From Chrysomallon squamiferum (taxonomy: Eukaryota > Animalia > Mollusca), in contig CM022672.1 in assembly GCA_012295275.1 (NCBI GenBank), forward strand, positions 30,008,001-30,072,000: a DNA stretch of 64,000 nt. The letters run 5' to 3'. The notes beneath the pieces were generated by a model. That model was not told where the DNA came from. It searched no databases and saw only the letters and a list, made by a program, of their open reading frames with translations. The stretch's first letter is position 1, and the number at the start of each line of letters is the position of its first letter. Below, piece by piece: positions 1-14,613 of this stretch. A program made the translations under genes and the position numbers.

Positions 1-287
1 ACCTACACGCAATGACGCACGTTGACACATTCAAACATTTATAAATCATCTATTTCAATTTTATACGTATGTAAATGAGATGCAGACTCATTCGGCTGGG
101 TGGGTGTATCGATGAATCGACTCAACGACCACATCACTCCACAGTTAACCAGCAAAATGTTGTTTCTACCAATCAGTGTCTGTCATTAACCCTGTTTGTG
201 ATGCTGCTGATAACGAGATAAACACGTTAATGGCGTCAGTGAAAGTTTATAATACATGCGATAATCTAACGTAATAAAACCGTTAGA

Positions 288-376
<89 letters not shown>

Positions 377-1296
377 TATAAGCATACATATATAATCTTT
401 CTTTCTATTAAACACAGAATATCATATTTGTTTTGCTCGATAATTAACATTTAGTTATTCATTTAGTTATTCATTCATTCATATCTGATAATGCAAATGC
501 TAACTAATTATTTTTATAAATTATGTATGCAGATTTCAATAAATGTTTCTTATACAGAAAACATTTAAAATATCAGATTAATCGTGGTGCATAATCTAAC
601 TGAAAATCGTAAAATATAACGACATAATTACTGAAACTAAAGACTATTAAATAAAAATAAAAAAATCTTTCAAATGAGAAATATTCTGAGATACGCATGG
701 CTAAACAGGTGTCCGATGGACAAATGCATACACTTAAAGTAGTGGTAAAAAATACAGTATACTTTCATACTGTTTGAATGATGGAAAGATGATTTTGTGT
801 AAACAACATTCATTTTCGGTTCTAAAAGCAAAATTAAATTTTATTTTAATTAGCGTTTAAGCTTTCAGATTTGCCTCTGCAACAAAACTTTGCTCTAGTC
901 ATAATGTCATGAACGTTTTTAAAAAACAATAAAAATGTAATTACCAGATGATCTGCAGTAATTTAACGTCATTATGACGTCAATAAATGAGTTTTAATGA
1001 GGTCACGAGAGATATCAGGCCATCTTTTTTCTTCTTCTTCAAATTAAAATTAACTGGGAAAATAATTTATGTAAGGCTTGGATAAAATAATTATTCAGAA
1101 ATGGCTGAAGTTCAGTGGTTAGAGAGCTCTCGTAGGAGCCTTCTTTCAGACGACAGCATAATTATGTCCAGTTTCCATTCATTTCAGCTTGTGACACTAG
1201 ATGGTTTTATCAAACTGAATCTGGTATGTGTTTCAAAGCAAAAGGAAGACGTATAAATTTATTTCGTGCTATTGTGAAAACGTTTTCTCTGTCATT

Positions 1297-1328
<32 letters not shown>

Positions 1329-1664
1329 CGTAACAGTAGTAGTAGTAGTAGTAGCAGCAGCAGCAGCAGCAGCAGTAGTAGAGTCAACTGGTTTCGTTAA
1401 AATAAAAATGAATTCATTATCTATCTATCTATCTATCTATCTGTCTGTCTGTCTGTCTGTCTGTCTATATTTTGTATCAGCGATGATTTAATTAATCTAC
1501 CATGATTAATTTAAATAAAATTCGATTATATTATAAATATATACTAGTAACTTTATAACGTTTTTATTTCTTTGTTTATTTATTTATTCTTTCATTATTT
1601 CATTTATTTATTTATTTAATTTTGCTGTTCTTATTCTTTATCTCAGTCATCATCTTCATTTCAT

Positions 1665-1720
<56 letters not shown>

Positions 1721-2226
1721 TATAACACTACATCTTCTTCTTCTTCTCTACAAAAGACATGTATTTTCATTGACTCAACAGCTGACGGGTATTCAGTCAC
1801 CAGTGACAGTAACAGACAGATCTGTAATGTGTTTGTTTCTCGTTGACAAAACTAATTTCAATTCGTTGACAAGGATAACACGAAGATATTTGTCAGATCA
1901 ACAAACGTAGAAAACGTCGCTTGAAATCTGTATTTAGTGACACAGCGAGACTTTAAGTCGGTTTTAACCAACATTTTCACTCAGGAGCAATTTTCCTTAG
2001 TTTTCAGATTATAAGTAACCCGTAGTTAAACCCAATGTTAAAAACAAAACAAAAATATTTATTTAAAAAATAAATAAATAAATAAATAAAAAATATATAT
2101 ATATCTTGCTATATACCCTTAACCATTCTTGAGGACCCTCTGTTTAAAACTCCAAATATAAGTTTAAAGAAACCATACAAGCTTTGTTTGAAATGAATTA
2201 CAAGTACACGATCAACGTTTCGGCTA

Positions 2227-2281
<55 letters not shown>

Positions 2282-2355
2282 AAACACACACACACATATA
2301 TATATATATATTTAATTCTAAATTAAATTTCTGTATAGTTTTATTATAGCAGGCG

Positions 2356-2386
<31 letters not shown>

Positions 2387-2613
2387 GTATAAATGTTATC
2401 TAAAATGGGACAATTATAAATAATTTTAAGTCCAGGAAACTCGATCTCTTTGATCTCTGTGGTTTACGTCGGTGATGTTTTAATTAAATTTGGTGTTGGT
2501 GTAGCAGTTTTGTTGGGTTTGTTGTATTTGTTATTGTTGTTATTGTATTAGTTATAATTTAGCCTAATGACACTGATATATTCAAACAAATATTTTAAGA
2601 TTGATCCTTTTAC

Positions 2614-2656
<43 letters not shown>

Positions 2657-2798
2657 TTCATTCATTCACTTATTTTATTATTATTGTTTTATGATTATTA
2701 TTTTATTTTATTTTATTTTATTTTTTTTTTTGTTCTGTACAAAAGACTTTTGTTGTAATTGTAATTGTTTTTATTATATTAATTATAGTGGTACCTGT

Positions 2799-2857
<59 letters not shown>

Positions 2858-3015
2858 GATTATTGTTATTGTTATTGTTATTATTATTATTATTATTATT
2901 GTTATTGTTATTGTTGTTATTGTTGTTATTATTGTTATTGTTATTGTTATTATCATTGTTATTATTGTTATGATTGTTATTATTATTATTATTGTTATTG
3001 TTATTGTTATTACAG

Positions 3016-3125
3016 TTACTGGTTGTATTGTACCAAGTTTTGAGACGCCGGTTGTCAACGTTACAGTGATAGAGGGCGCCACTGCTGTCCTGCCTTGTTC
3101 AGTAAACAACCTTGGAAACCATCAG
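3016..3125 (+). CDS. Lachesin/IgLON-like 3-Ig GPI-anchored adhesion protein, first visible coding exon (Ig1 N-half)
   Basis: Acceptor ttacag, donor CAG|gtaatt. Encodes (V)TGCIVPSFETPVVNVTVIEGATAVLPCSVNNLGNHQ. Model: 3016-3125, 4731-4935, 5422-5571, 8124-8252, 9012-9299, 9607-9816, 10152-10294, all GT-AG with compatible phases. Start/signal-peptide exon not identified. Confidence 0.9.
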
Positions 3126-4730
3126 GTAATTTTAGTGTACGTGTGTACGCGTGCATATGTGTGCGTTCGTCTCTCTCTCTCTTGTGTGTGTGTGTGTGCG
3201 TGCGCGCATTTATATGTTTGTATGTTTGTGCGTGCGCGCGTGTTTGTATGTGTGTTTGCTTGTGTATTTATATGCATACATGCACATATGCAGACACAAA
3301 GTAATGTTTTAAAGTGTGTGTGTGTGTGTGTCAATGCATTTGCGCATATAAATAGGCCTTTTTAAAAATTATTATAAAATAACCAAAAATAATTAAATTT
3401 ATCAAATTAAGAATGTTTGAATCATTATATACTTGCAGATTTTTAGATCTATCCGTTTTTTTGTTGTTGATTTTTTTTTTTTTGTATTTTTTTTTTTTTT
3501 GTATGTATAGGTGTATTTTTACATTTGGATTTTTTTTTCAATTTATTTTTCAGTAAAACATTTTTATTTATTGTTTTTATTTTTCACAGTCTGTATTAGA
3601 TAAGTTAAATACATCACTGTCTTATACCATAATCAACTTGTATTATCCTCATCATAAATGCAGACAGACAGACAATAATATATCCGTGCATATGTATATT
3701 TATTTAAAACTCTGTATGTGTGTTCGTGTGTGTGTGTGTGTGTGTGTGTGCAGAGAGAGAGTGAGAGAAACAAGATAGATAGATAATATATTATTATGTA
3801 TATTTGCATGTTACTGTTTTGGTTTCTCTGACATACATTTTTATTTTCAGTAGTAGTAGTAGTAGTTGTAGTAGTAGTAGTAGTAACAGTAATAGTAAAA
3901 GCAATAATAGAAACAGAATTTAAAATCTTATTTTCAAATAATATTTTATTAAAAGATACTCAATAAATAGATACTTGAATTATTTTAATAACTAGGAGAG
4001 GAGATATAAATAAAATATAACCACATCACAGACATTGATATTACACAGGGATATATTATAAACACTCAATAAAATTTTATCGAATCCATTTGTTAAGTTC
4101 TGTTCAACGCGGCGATTCCATATAATGTAGTAAGATGTTTATCAGTACGAATAGTGTCGGAAATTAATCAAGAAGCCTTCCGGAATCAACCGACTGTAAC
4201 CGAATGATTTTAATCTTTGTTAACACATTATGTCCTTGTATTTAGAAAGAGAAGAAAAAAAAATAGAAAGAAATAAAATGTTGTTTAATGTGAAGCTTAA
4301 ATGAGAAAATAAAGAAAGAAGTTAATGAAATTGGCTACGATTGAATTACTTTGGAGTATTTTCGTTGTTAGGCGCGGTTACAGGAGGGGGTAACTTCTTC
4401 ATTTTAATTTTACTCATTTTGTTAGAAAGATCAGATAAAGCATTCTTTAGTTATTATTGCTGTTGTTGCAGCTGCTATAACCATTAGTATTAGTATTAGT
4501 GTTGCTACTGTTAGTATTAATATTAGTTTCACTACTACTATTATATTTATTGCTGCTACTACAATTACTACCACTACTACTACTGCTACTACCACTGCTA
4601 CGGCTGCTACCACCACTACCACGTCTACTACTACTACTATTTTATAACCATTACTTATTCTTATAATTACTGTTATTTTCTCGACGTTGTCGATCGTTGT
4701 TGTGAATTATTCTACATATCTTATTTACAG

Positions 4731-4935
4731 GTGGCATGGACAGATCAATGGGCGACAACTCTGTCATACATGGACAAACGGATTATCGACGATGATCGAT
4801 ACTCGGTCGATCGGCCGTTTGCCAACAGCTGGAATCTTCACATTAAAGGTGTTAAGTATGGCGACCAGGGCATCTACACGTGTCAGATGAACACAAACCC
4901 TGTCAAAGTGCAGACAGCCATTTTGAATGTAGTGG
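4731..4935 (+). CDS. Lachesin-like gene exon (Ig1 C-half)
   Basis: ttacag|GTG...G|gtacgt. Encodes VAWTDQWATTLSYMDKRIIDDDRYSVDRPFANSWNLHIKGVKYGDQGIYTCQMNTNPVKVQTAILNVV, with Ig core Trp and DxGxYxC motif. Confidence 0.93.
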
Positions 4936-5021
4936 GTACGTGTGTAGATAGTAGAAGTATTCTCTCCTAATCGGTTATAAAGGCTGATTTATATGATCTC
5001 TTTTCTATGGGAAATGTTTAA

Positions 5022-5082
<61 letters not shown>

Positions 5083-5421
5083 TAAATAAATAAATAAAAA
5101 AGAACAAGAACAAGAAGAATAGGAAGAAGAAATAAAAGAAAAGAAAAGAAAATTTTAAACTATTTCCAAAATATATTTTTTTTTTTCGTAAATTGATGAT
5201 ACGTAGTGGAGGTACTTTCTCCATTAGCATTATAAGAATAATTATTTCCCGTTCCAGCCAGGATTTCTTTAGCGAAGATTAATAAATGTTTTTTCACATT
5301 AAAAACATCCTTGCTGCTAATTATTTTATATACTTTGATATTCTTTCATACTTTTCATCCTTTTACTGCCATCACAGGCGACGTAATCATCATCAAAATT
5401 CTTCTTTGTTTCTATTTTCAG

Positions 5422-5571
5422 TTCCTCCCCGAATTGTCGGTCCAGTCAGCTCCAAGGCCGTGATCGTGAAGGAGGGTCAGTCCGTATCCCTGGTCTGTAA
5501 TGTCACTGGTATTCCGCCGCCTACGGTCACGTGGTACAAACAGCCAACAGTGATTGGTGGGCGGAAAGAGA
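5422..5571 (+). CDS. Lachesin-like gene exon (Ig2 N-half)
   Basis: ttttcag acceptor, A|gtgagt donor. Encodes VPPRIVGPVSSKAVIVKEGQSVSLVCNVTGIPPPTVTWYKQPTVIGGRKE. Confidence 0.93.
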
Positions 5572-5694
5572 GTGAGTTCTGCACAGTAACCTCTAGTAAG
5601 CGTTTTAAAAATTGATGTTACATGCACGGCGTTTTTGTGCATCATGGATCTCTAATATACTGACATCTCTAACCACCATGGTGACTGGCAGGGG

Positions 5695-6015
5695 TTACTA
5701 ATCCACTGATCCGGTAGCAGGGATCACTAATCTTCTAATCTCGTGTACAGGAAAAATTAATATCGATGGAGTAATCAATTAAATTCTCAGTTCAGGATTT
5801 ATTTTAATCCATTAATCTCATATATAGGGATAGCAAATCGATCTGATCTGTCTGCGCGAAATACTAATCTGCTTTCACAAATTACTAATCCACGTAGTCA
5901 TAAAATCACTAATCCGATTTCTTAAATCACTAATCCACATTCATATATTATTAATCCGATATATCAAATCACTAATCCTTTTACACATATTACTAATCAG
6001 TATCCACAGATCACT
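5695..6015. repeat. Degenerate ~21-22 bp minisatellite (core ATCACTAATCC) in lachesin-like intron
   Basis: Recurring (A/T)T(C/T)ACTAATCC cores, most regular at about 5880-6015. Confidence 0.6.
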
Positions 6016-6883
6016 GGTATACTCAAATCTAATTTTGAGTTATCCCATGAGTAAAAATACTTTGATGTTTTATTGGTCCCAACCAGATTAAGTTTGAGCA
6101 GCCTAAACAACTTGATCCTAACTTTGGTTCTTTATTTTAACCTTCCAGTCTCCAGTTTTCTCAAACAAAATTACTGGAACTTGGCAGCTACAAAGATATC
6201 TCAAACTGACATCAGTGGAAAAGCTTATTCTGTACATTTAAGACAATCATATCTGTAAATATTATAATAAAATACTAAAAGTAAACGAATAATAAAAATG
6301 TTCTTTGCTATCCATTTGTAACCTGTCTTTTAATTCTAATGCTTGTAACTAGTTTTGGCAAAGCCAGTATTCTGTGTCATCAGAATTAAGCTCTCTTCTT
6401 GCAATCTGTTAGTTACTGAACTACAGTCTAGAAAAGTCAAAAGCATTTACTTATTTAGCATGTTAAACGTTTCTGCAGAAATCTATCCAGTCATAGTCGC
6501 TATAACAAATCATGACCTATTAACCTAATGACCTAACTATGTTAATGATGCTGCAGAAGTTTGTTTCGTTACTTAATTTATATTTTAATGTGTCTTTTTC
6601 TCAATTAAACTAACATGAGATAATTTTAGTTCTTTTATTTGAATGCAAAGAGAATATTTTCTCTTATTCTGATTTCTGTTTTCTCTGATTTTGTTCCTTA
6701 TAAAAATTATGTGTGACGTTGATAGTGCAAGAAATGTGCACAGTTACAAAAAGTTTATATATATATCTGTATCTGTCAGTATAATCTATCTGTATATCTA
6801 TGTCTTTTCATTCTTTATTTATTATCTTAAATTTAGAGTTACTTTTTTTAATTTATATTTCTGTATTTATTATTTGAATCAAA

Positions 6884-6947
<64 letters not shown>

Positions 6948-8123
6948 CTCTCTCTCTCTGTATATTATGATACTGTATTAAGAAATCGTTGTTTTTCAAA
7001 CAGAATCGTGGGGATATTAATATTATTCTTATAAACGGTTTAGTACTAAGATGCTATACAAGATAATTACGTGTTATGATACTATTGTTGTTTACACAGT
7101 CTGTCGTGGTATTGTCTGCATGTTTCAGTCCACCAGCTCTCTTCTCTGACAGAACATCCTGTAACTGATAGCGTCATTTATCACCGACGTCATCAGTCAT
7201 CATGACACCCTGTCACGTGACGACAACTTTATACACTGAAACACAGTCAGGCTCGGCACATCGCGTAACATCCGACATTTGTTCAGTTCAGAAGGTCACG
7301 CTAGCTGCCAATTTCAAATTTAATTTACCATCATTAGTAAATAGCTCACTCTGACCGTCTCTCGCCCCCCCACCAGACCTCCAGGCCAACGATTGTTCGG
7401 TGAAATTTGTAACCCTCGCCCTGGGGCCAGGACTCAAATTACTTTTAAATGTTTGCTGTCATGTTTGATGTGTCCCTCCCCGATAATTAACTTGTCTGTT
7501 TTTTCATAATAACAAGTTTAATATGCTCCCTCTGGACTTTGTACATCAGCAATATTATTTATTGTTATTTAAAGGCATTTGTCAAAACTTTTAAAAAGGG
7601 ATATCTAAATTACACTGGTTGATAATTTCTCTTTAATTTATTAAAAGGAGAAAAGGTCTCATGTCCTCTCATACGTACTTAACTGTGTGAGTATGCACGG
7701 GTACATAGGTACATGTACTGCATGAATGTTTTTTACAATTAGATTTTTATTTATCAACCATAACAAAGTACCATATTAGCATTGTTATCATTAAAATGTT
7801 TAACTGCCGCTGCTGCTGCTAGTACTACTACTACTGCTAGTACTACTACTACTATTGCTACTTAAGAGAACTAAAGGTTATTATCACCCCAGGCAGACAT
7901 AAAAATAAAATATTATTTTTAATATACTGCTATTAAATATTAAATGTTTATATTTAATCATACAGATTTTAATATTTATTAATCATTACCTTTGTTGCTT
8001 CATTTCAAAACCATTTCTTAATTCGAAATTTAATTTATCTCTCCCAGCTTTACATAATATACATTATTTTATTATTTTGAAATCAGTGACGTAATATAAA
8101 CTGTGACGTCATCTTTAATTTAG

Positions 8124-8252
8124 GGATCGGATTTTCCGGAGAGATGTTGAAGATTCACAACGTCACTCGCTACTGCGGCGGCATTTACGAGTGCATCGCC
8201 GACAACGGCGTCAAACCTAACTTCAAGCGACAAATAAAGGTGGCAGTTGAAT
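8124..8252 (+). CDS. Lachesin-like gene exon (Ig2 C-half)
   Basis: Not in the ORF track. aatttag acceptor, T|gtgagt donor. Encodes RIGFSGEMLKIHNVTRYCGGIYECIADNGVKPNFKRQIKVAVE. Confidence 0.92.
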
Positions 8253-9011
8253 GTGAGTAGCTTATTAATATTCAGCGTGTGTGACTAGCTCATTAATATT
8301 CATTAATTGTCAACGTGCTCGGATTAGTCGGTGAGACGGAAAGCTATAAATAGGTGTTAATAGGCAATAACAGCTAAAAAATAAAAAATAAAAAATAAAA
8401 AACGAAACAATGAAGTTTTAAAATCCCTTTTTCAGGTTATAACTTTAGGAAGTAAGTAGAGATAAGAGAAAAGTTAAATATTTTAACACAGTGTAACAAG
8501 GGAAATAAAAAGTTTGAAACGTCTATTCATTATATTGTTATTTCTTATATGCTTTATTCATTTGTTGTTATTGTTTTCATAATGGTGATAACCATGTTAA
8601 TTAAGATGAAAGTATCATTTTTGTTTGTAGTTATTGCCCAGAAATAAAAAATTGCTTAAAACTAAATTGCTTTTACAAAAGAGAGAAGGAAAAAAGAAAA
8701 GAAAAAGAAATTAAACAAACAATTTATTTCTGTACAGCATCATCATAATTATTATCATCATCATCACTATTATCATTCGCTTCATTATTATTAGTTGAAG
8801 TACCTTACTACTACGAATATTAATACTGCTATTGTTATTATTATTATTATCATCATCATCATCATTTTTACTATTACTGTTATTAGTATGGTATAATTAC
8901 TGTTGTTCTTGAGACTTTTCTAATCAAGATTCTTCTTCTTCTTCGAAAACATATAACGTCTACAAATAATCTGTCAATGTTTCTGTCAATGTATCTGACA
9001 TTACTGTTCAG

Positions 9012-9299
9012 TTCCGCCAGAAATTCGTCTTCCGACAAAGCGCATAGGTCAGCTGCTGGGCAAGGAGACTATCCTGGAGTGCATCGTCACCGCCTTCCCA
9101 CAGGCTGTCAGCATCTGGCATTACAAAGGGAGAGAACTCTCAAAGACAAAGAAGTACCAAGTGGAGGTTTTTGAAGAGGGCGAGCACACGATAGTTCTGA
9201 GTCTGCGCATTGTGCATCTTTCGAAACAGGATTATGGGAGCTACACGTGCGTGGCCTCGAACTCGATGGGCCAGACCCGCGCGAAAATGGAATTATATG
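9012..9299 (+). CDS. Lachesin-like gene exon (Ig3)
   Basis: gttcag acceptor, G|gtaatt donor. Encodes FPPEIRLPTKRIGQLLGKETILECIVTAFPQAVSIWHYKG...LSLRIVHLSKQDYGSYTCVASNSMGQTRAKMELY. Confidence 0.94.
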
Positions 9300-9305
9300 G
9301 TAATT

Positions 9306-9345
<40 letters not shown>

Positions 9346-9490
9346 TAACACTGATTTTATTTTTGTTTTTTTTTGTTTTTTTTGTTTTTGTTTTGTTAGT
9401 TTGTTTATTGTTGTGGGTTTTAATTTTTATTTTTATGGAAGTTTTATATATACTTATATATGTATATATATATATATATGATACTTATAC

Positions 9491-9538
<48 letters not shown>

Positions 9539-9606
9539 GTGTATGTATATTCTCGTCAATGTCAAGATATATGTAACAATTTATATTTACATCTTTCTAA
9601 ATTTAG

Positions 9607-9816
9607 AACATATTATAGTCACTAAACCCCGCACTACAACGACTACCACGACTGTGACAACGAGAACGACAACTCAAGTCAGCAAACCTTCATCGATAAA
9701 AAATAAAGGTCATTCAAATAGAAACAGGGTCAAGGTGAAACTACAAGATAATGACGTCAGAGATCCCTACGCCAGACTAAAGCAATACAGACCACAAACT
9801 CGAGTGAAGAAACCAG
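9607..9816 (+). CDS. Lachesin-like gene exon (Thr-rich mucin-like stalk)
   Basis: atttag acceptor (a second in-frame AG would start the exon at 9619), G|gtttat donor. Encodes EHIIVTKPRTTTTTTTVTTRTTTQVSKP...RVKKP. Confidence 0.8.
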
Positions 9817-9864
9817 GTTTATTTGTTAATTATTTCTCCTAACAGCGTTATTTATTTATTTACT

Positions 9865-9973
<109 letters not shown>

Positions 9974-10151
9974 AATTATCTGCCTTTTTGTGTTTATATT
10001 GCAGATATGTAATCTTTACCATGTTTTCGTTAAAGTAAATATTATATCTTACATTAATTCGTAAGTGTCGGAATTTTGTGTATTATCAACTGGGTCTGTC
10101 TGTTTCATTAACAATACATTATTAACAATATCCACATTTTTTCACTTTCAG

Positions 10152-10294
10152 ATCAGGAAGGTAATCCAATAGCTGTCGCGGGTTTAGCTAAGAGCAAGGG
10201 GAGTAACTCTGCAACTATTTCCAAACATTTGTTAAGTTTGCAGTTTCTAGTCTCCTGTTTTCTTTCACTAGGATTCGCTGTGTTTGTATCTTGA
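10152..10294 (+). CDS. Lachesin-like gene last coding exon (GPI-anchor signal)
   Basis: ctttcag acceptor. Encodes DQEGNPIAVAGLAKSKGSNSATISKHLLSLQFLVSCFLSLGFAVFVS-stop: small-residue omega region followed by a terminal hydrophobic tail. Confidence 0.85.
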
Positions 10295-10612
10295 AAACTA
10301 AACCAAGTTAGTTCTAGTGAGATGTTCTTTATAGTCAGTGTTCTAATAATCCAATTGCGGCTGCGGATTTGTTTGCTTCTGTGGTCCAGTTTGACACATT
10401 CTGAATTCATCAAAATGAGGAGGATGCTACTGGTGCGATACGTTAACGTTTAATTTGCGGTGTCATTATAATATCTCTTTAAAGCATGCATATTAATTTT
10501 GTTTTTATTTATTTCCCTTTTTGTTTGTTTATTTATTTATTTTTGTTTATTTATTTATTTATTATTATTATTTATATTTTTGTTCTTGTTATTATAGTTT
10601 TCATTATATTAC

Positions 10613-10682
<70 letters not shown>

Positions 10683-11827
10683 TTTATATAAAGGGTTGTT
10701 AAGATCTCTCTCCGGAAAAAAACATATATGTAAACGGAAACGTATCCGCAGCCGGATTAGAACACTTTGACTATAACTGAAATCATGAAACAAATGAGCG
10801 ACATAAACGTTACCATAAGTAAACACCAAGAAGACAAGATGCAGTTTACAGTTAATACTGAAATAAAGGAGTTTCAACAGACTGATAATTATGAAAGAAG
10901 CTATACACGATTTATTGAATAACATAACAATATTATTTTATGATGTGAGCCATGGACTGGATCATTCTGCTTTTCTCTATGACGTCATATATGTGCAAAA
11001 CAGACCATGGAACAGATTTAAGTTAAAACCGATTTCAAACGTAATTCAATACGTAATGGATTCAGGTTAATATATTTCTGTTGTGACGCCAAACTCCATT
11101 GTAGACGACAGACTGGTTTTAATCTATTGAGTATGACGTCATAAAAAGGATTTACTTGATGTATTTTATTTATTATCTACTATGTAACATAAATGATATG
11201 TAAGAGGACAATCTAATCTGCATCTAATGTTTTGAACTCGGAATCAGTTGGTGTCATCTGACACTATTCCTCCTTTCTACAAATCAGTAAATATTACATT
11301 GCTCTATTATCATATAATACATGAACCACTGAATATGAAATTCTAACACAGGTTTGTTGCATGTACTAAGAGTAACAGTTACTAGTTAGACATTTTTTTT
11401 TTATTTAATACAGACTTGTTGAATAGTTTCAATTTTGCGCAGGCTACAAAACATATACATACACAAATATCACAGTCAAAACACAGAGACATGCATTAGC
11501 ATATAAACATATCATAAAAACATTCATATATCCATATATGACATACAGACTCAAACATACAAATACAGACACATATAAATTAGCACATAAGTGAATATAA
11601 ATATAAACTGCCATTAAACAGTTGTGTATATGATTTCACACAAACACAAATGCAGTTATGTAATTAGAGAAATTCAACAGAAAATAATTCATACTTAAAG
11701 CTATAAAATGAAATATTTTAATGTTACAGATGTTAAATACATTATAAATATGTGATAATGTTAATATTCATTTCGTTAGCTAATACTGTTTGACTCTGGA
11801 TTTTTATACCTCAAATTGGTGGGACCA

Positions 11828-11881
<54 letters not shown>

Positions 11882-12644
11882 GATTATTATTATTATTATA
11901 TACATAATAACAAAAATGGATTTTGTTGTTTTTATACCCATATAACTATCTGTATAATACAGCATGCAATGAGGTACCAAAAAAAAAAAAAAACACATCC
12001 TAACGACTTTACAAAAATCTTTTATTTTATTCTATGACTATTTATACTGCACAGTATAATTAAAAACGTCACGTTCATCAAATATATTTTCATTAAGATA
12101 ATCAAAAATTCCTTTCATACTTTGTTCTTAGCAGTACAAGGTGTTAGTCACGTTTGAATGTTTATAAACAAGACAATCGGCTGAGTAGACGCTTTTGAAA
12201 AATTTCTATGAGTAATATTTGTATTTACACCAAGAAATTGTTAGTGTTTATAATACGTGCAAATGAACACATCTAATAAACGCAGTTACAACTTTTCTTC
12301 TTGCCGCTTTCTCAGTCTAGTAACCTGCAATTTTATCAATATAACCATTGCAGACAATTGTTTCAAAGCATAAAAATCTCTAAATGTCTTTGTTATTATC
12401 ATGGTGAAAAACATTAATATAAAATTTTCATTTTGTTCGCAATCTGTGTACTTTTATTTTACGAATATTTAAAAATATGTCAGAATAGGATTTTTTTGAT
12501 TTTTTTTTCACATGTTCTTGTGTACGTTGGAGTGACATCTAGATCATAGATGTAAGAACGACAACTCTTATTTCATCGATATAAAAAATAACTTGACTAA
12601 CGATGCCCACAATTGACATGATAATGTTATCGTTGTTATTGTTG

Positions 12645-12719
<75 letters not shown>

Positions 12720-13872
12720 TTATTATTATATCGCTAACATAATGCCATAAATCTAACCTCATAATCATTTCATTCAAAGGATATATATATATAAACCTAC
12801 TTACTCAGTCTCCTCTATCTCCAATATTATTTCCTTTTCTCCGTATTTATTACCCCTAAAATGCAATTAATGCCAAAATATACGATGTACTATATATTGC
12901 TGCCTCTAGCAGAACATATTTTTAATAATTTTAGAAGTACAGTGTTATTTCTAGTATTAAGATTGACAAGTTATCAATGTGATTATCAGTATATGCATAT
13001 TTATGTAATTTTCTCTTTATTGTTCATTGTGTATTATACTTTAAACTTGTTGTCTATTAGATACATGTAAATTAAGTGTTAACATATATAGCATTTACTT
13101 ACTTTCTTTGTACATGTATGTGTGCGTATGCGTGTGTAAATATCTGTGTAAAGCTTCATACGTATATTTGCATATTTTGTTTGTAAACAATTTTATTGAC
13201 AGTATTGTCATATTTTTTATATATTTCAAAGCAAACATAAGTACGAGGTCTGCTGAATAAAGAAGTTTAGAAAACTGATATATATGATATATATATTAAT
13301 TTTCAAAACTTAAACTTTACTAGTCACATTAAAGGCGGTCTTTCCCCAGATACCTACTACATGACGTCATAAGTGCACATGGAAAAGAATATGCAGTCAA
13401 TATCAAACGCGGTAGATTTATAACATTATTGTTATATTTATTATCTACAAAAAGGTTTTCTGTAGATCAAACCAAACACTTGTATTACAGTTTGTTCAAC
13501 GTTTATTTTGAAATACAGAAAATGTGTCGAAGTCATCAACATTTATATTTTCTCTTTTTTGTCCACGTTTTGAATCGAAAAACGATTTTTATATTTCGTT
13601 TGTTAAACATTGTCGTTGTCACCATTTTAATTTCACTGTTACTGTTTTAATTTCATTATTAAGTAATTTAAAATAAAATAATGTTTCTTGCCCATCTTTT
13701 ATATACTTTCCCCTGTTTATTTGTAAAATATATTTTAACCATATTTAATTTAAATATTTCATTATTATTATTATTACTACTACTAGTACTACTGTTACTA
13801 CTATTACTACTACTACTGCTACTACTACTACTAATATTTTAATACTAATACTACTACTACTACTAATTATTA

Positions 13873-13927
<55 letters not shown>

Positions 13928-14541
13928 ATGTAAATACTAATGTATATATTATTATTGTACAAGGCTTTGATGTGTTGTCTACCTCGTGTTGTTATTTTGT
14001 ATATTTTGAATTGGTCGCAGCACAAACTGAATAAATACACAACTCAGAAAATTCGGGATTTGTCTTTCTTTTGAACGAAATGTCACGAACACATTCGGAA
14101 ATCTTCGTATCTCTACGAAAATTTAATAGTTTGCTCTGTCATACATGTATAAATCGTGTGTTTGCCTGTGCTCGTGTGATATAAATTTTCCACAGTATTA
14201 ATTAGTATTGCATTACAGATGAAACAGAAGTCGAAATGAAACAAGTTCACAGAGGCTGGCCAGTTTTAGTTTCGTCTTCAAAAGAGAAGTACGTATGGTT
14301 TGCAACATAATAATTAATTGATTAATTAATTATGTAGCTAATTAATTAATAAAAGAATTACTTTTAGTGAAACTAAATTACATTTCAATATAGTCTAGAA
14401 AGTTAGTGAATTATCTCCTTTGCATAATGTTTTAAAACTAATTTGCATAAAAAAAAAAATAAAAAAAAGACACACGGAAAATATACAAGTTGTTGTTGTT
14501 TCCTATAATGAAATTACATAAAAATGAGAAAAAAAAAAGTC

Positions 14542-14613
14542 CTCCCCGGCGGGGAATTGAACCCCGGTCTCCCGCGTGACAGGCGGGGATACTCACCACT
14601 ATACTACCGAGGA
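14542..14613 (-). tRNA. trnD-GTC: tRNA-Asp (GTC), intact
   Basis: 72 nt TCCTCGGTAGTATAGTGGTGAGTATCCCCGCCTGTCACGCGGGAGACCGGGGTTCAATTCCCCGCCGGGGAG; A and B boxes, GTC anticodon, oligo-T terminator a few nt downstream. Confidence 0.97.

Noticed and set aside
1101-1223. ATG-initiated 41-codon frame as the first exon of the lachesin-like gene
   Set aside because: Not a hydrophobic signal peptide, and its phase-0 donor is incompatible with the phase-1 acceptor at 3016.
7129-7160. Microexon between the two Ig2 half-exons
   Set aside because: The acceptor is plausible, but the nearest GT gives 32 nt, which breaks frame.
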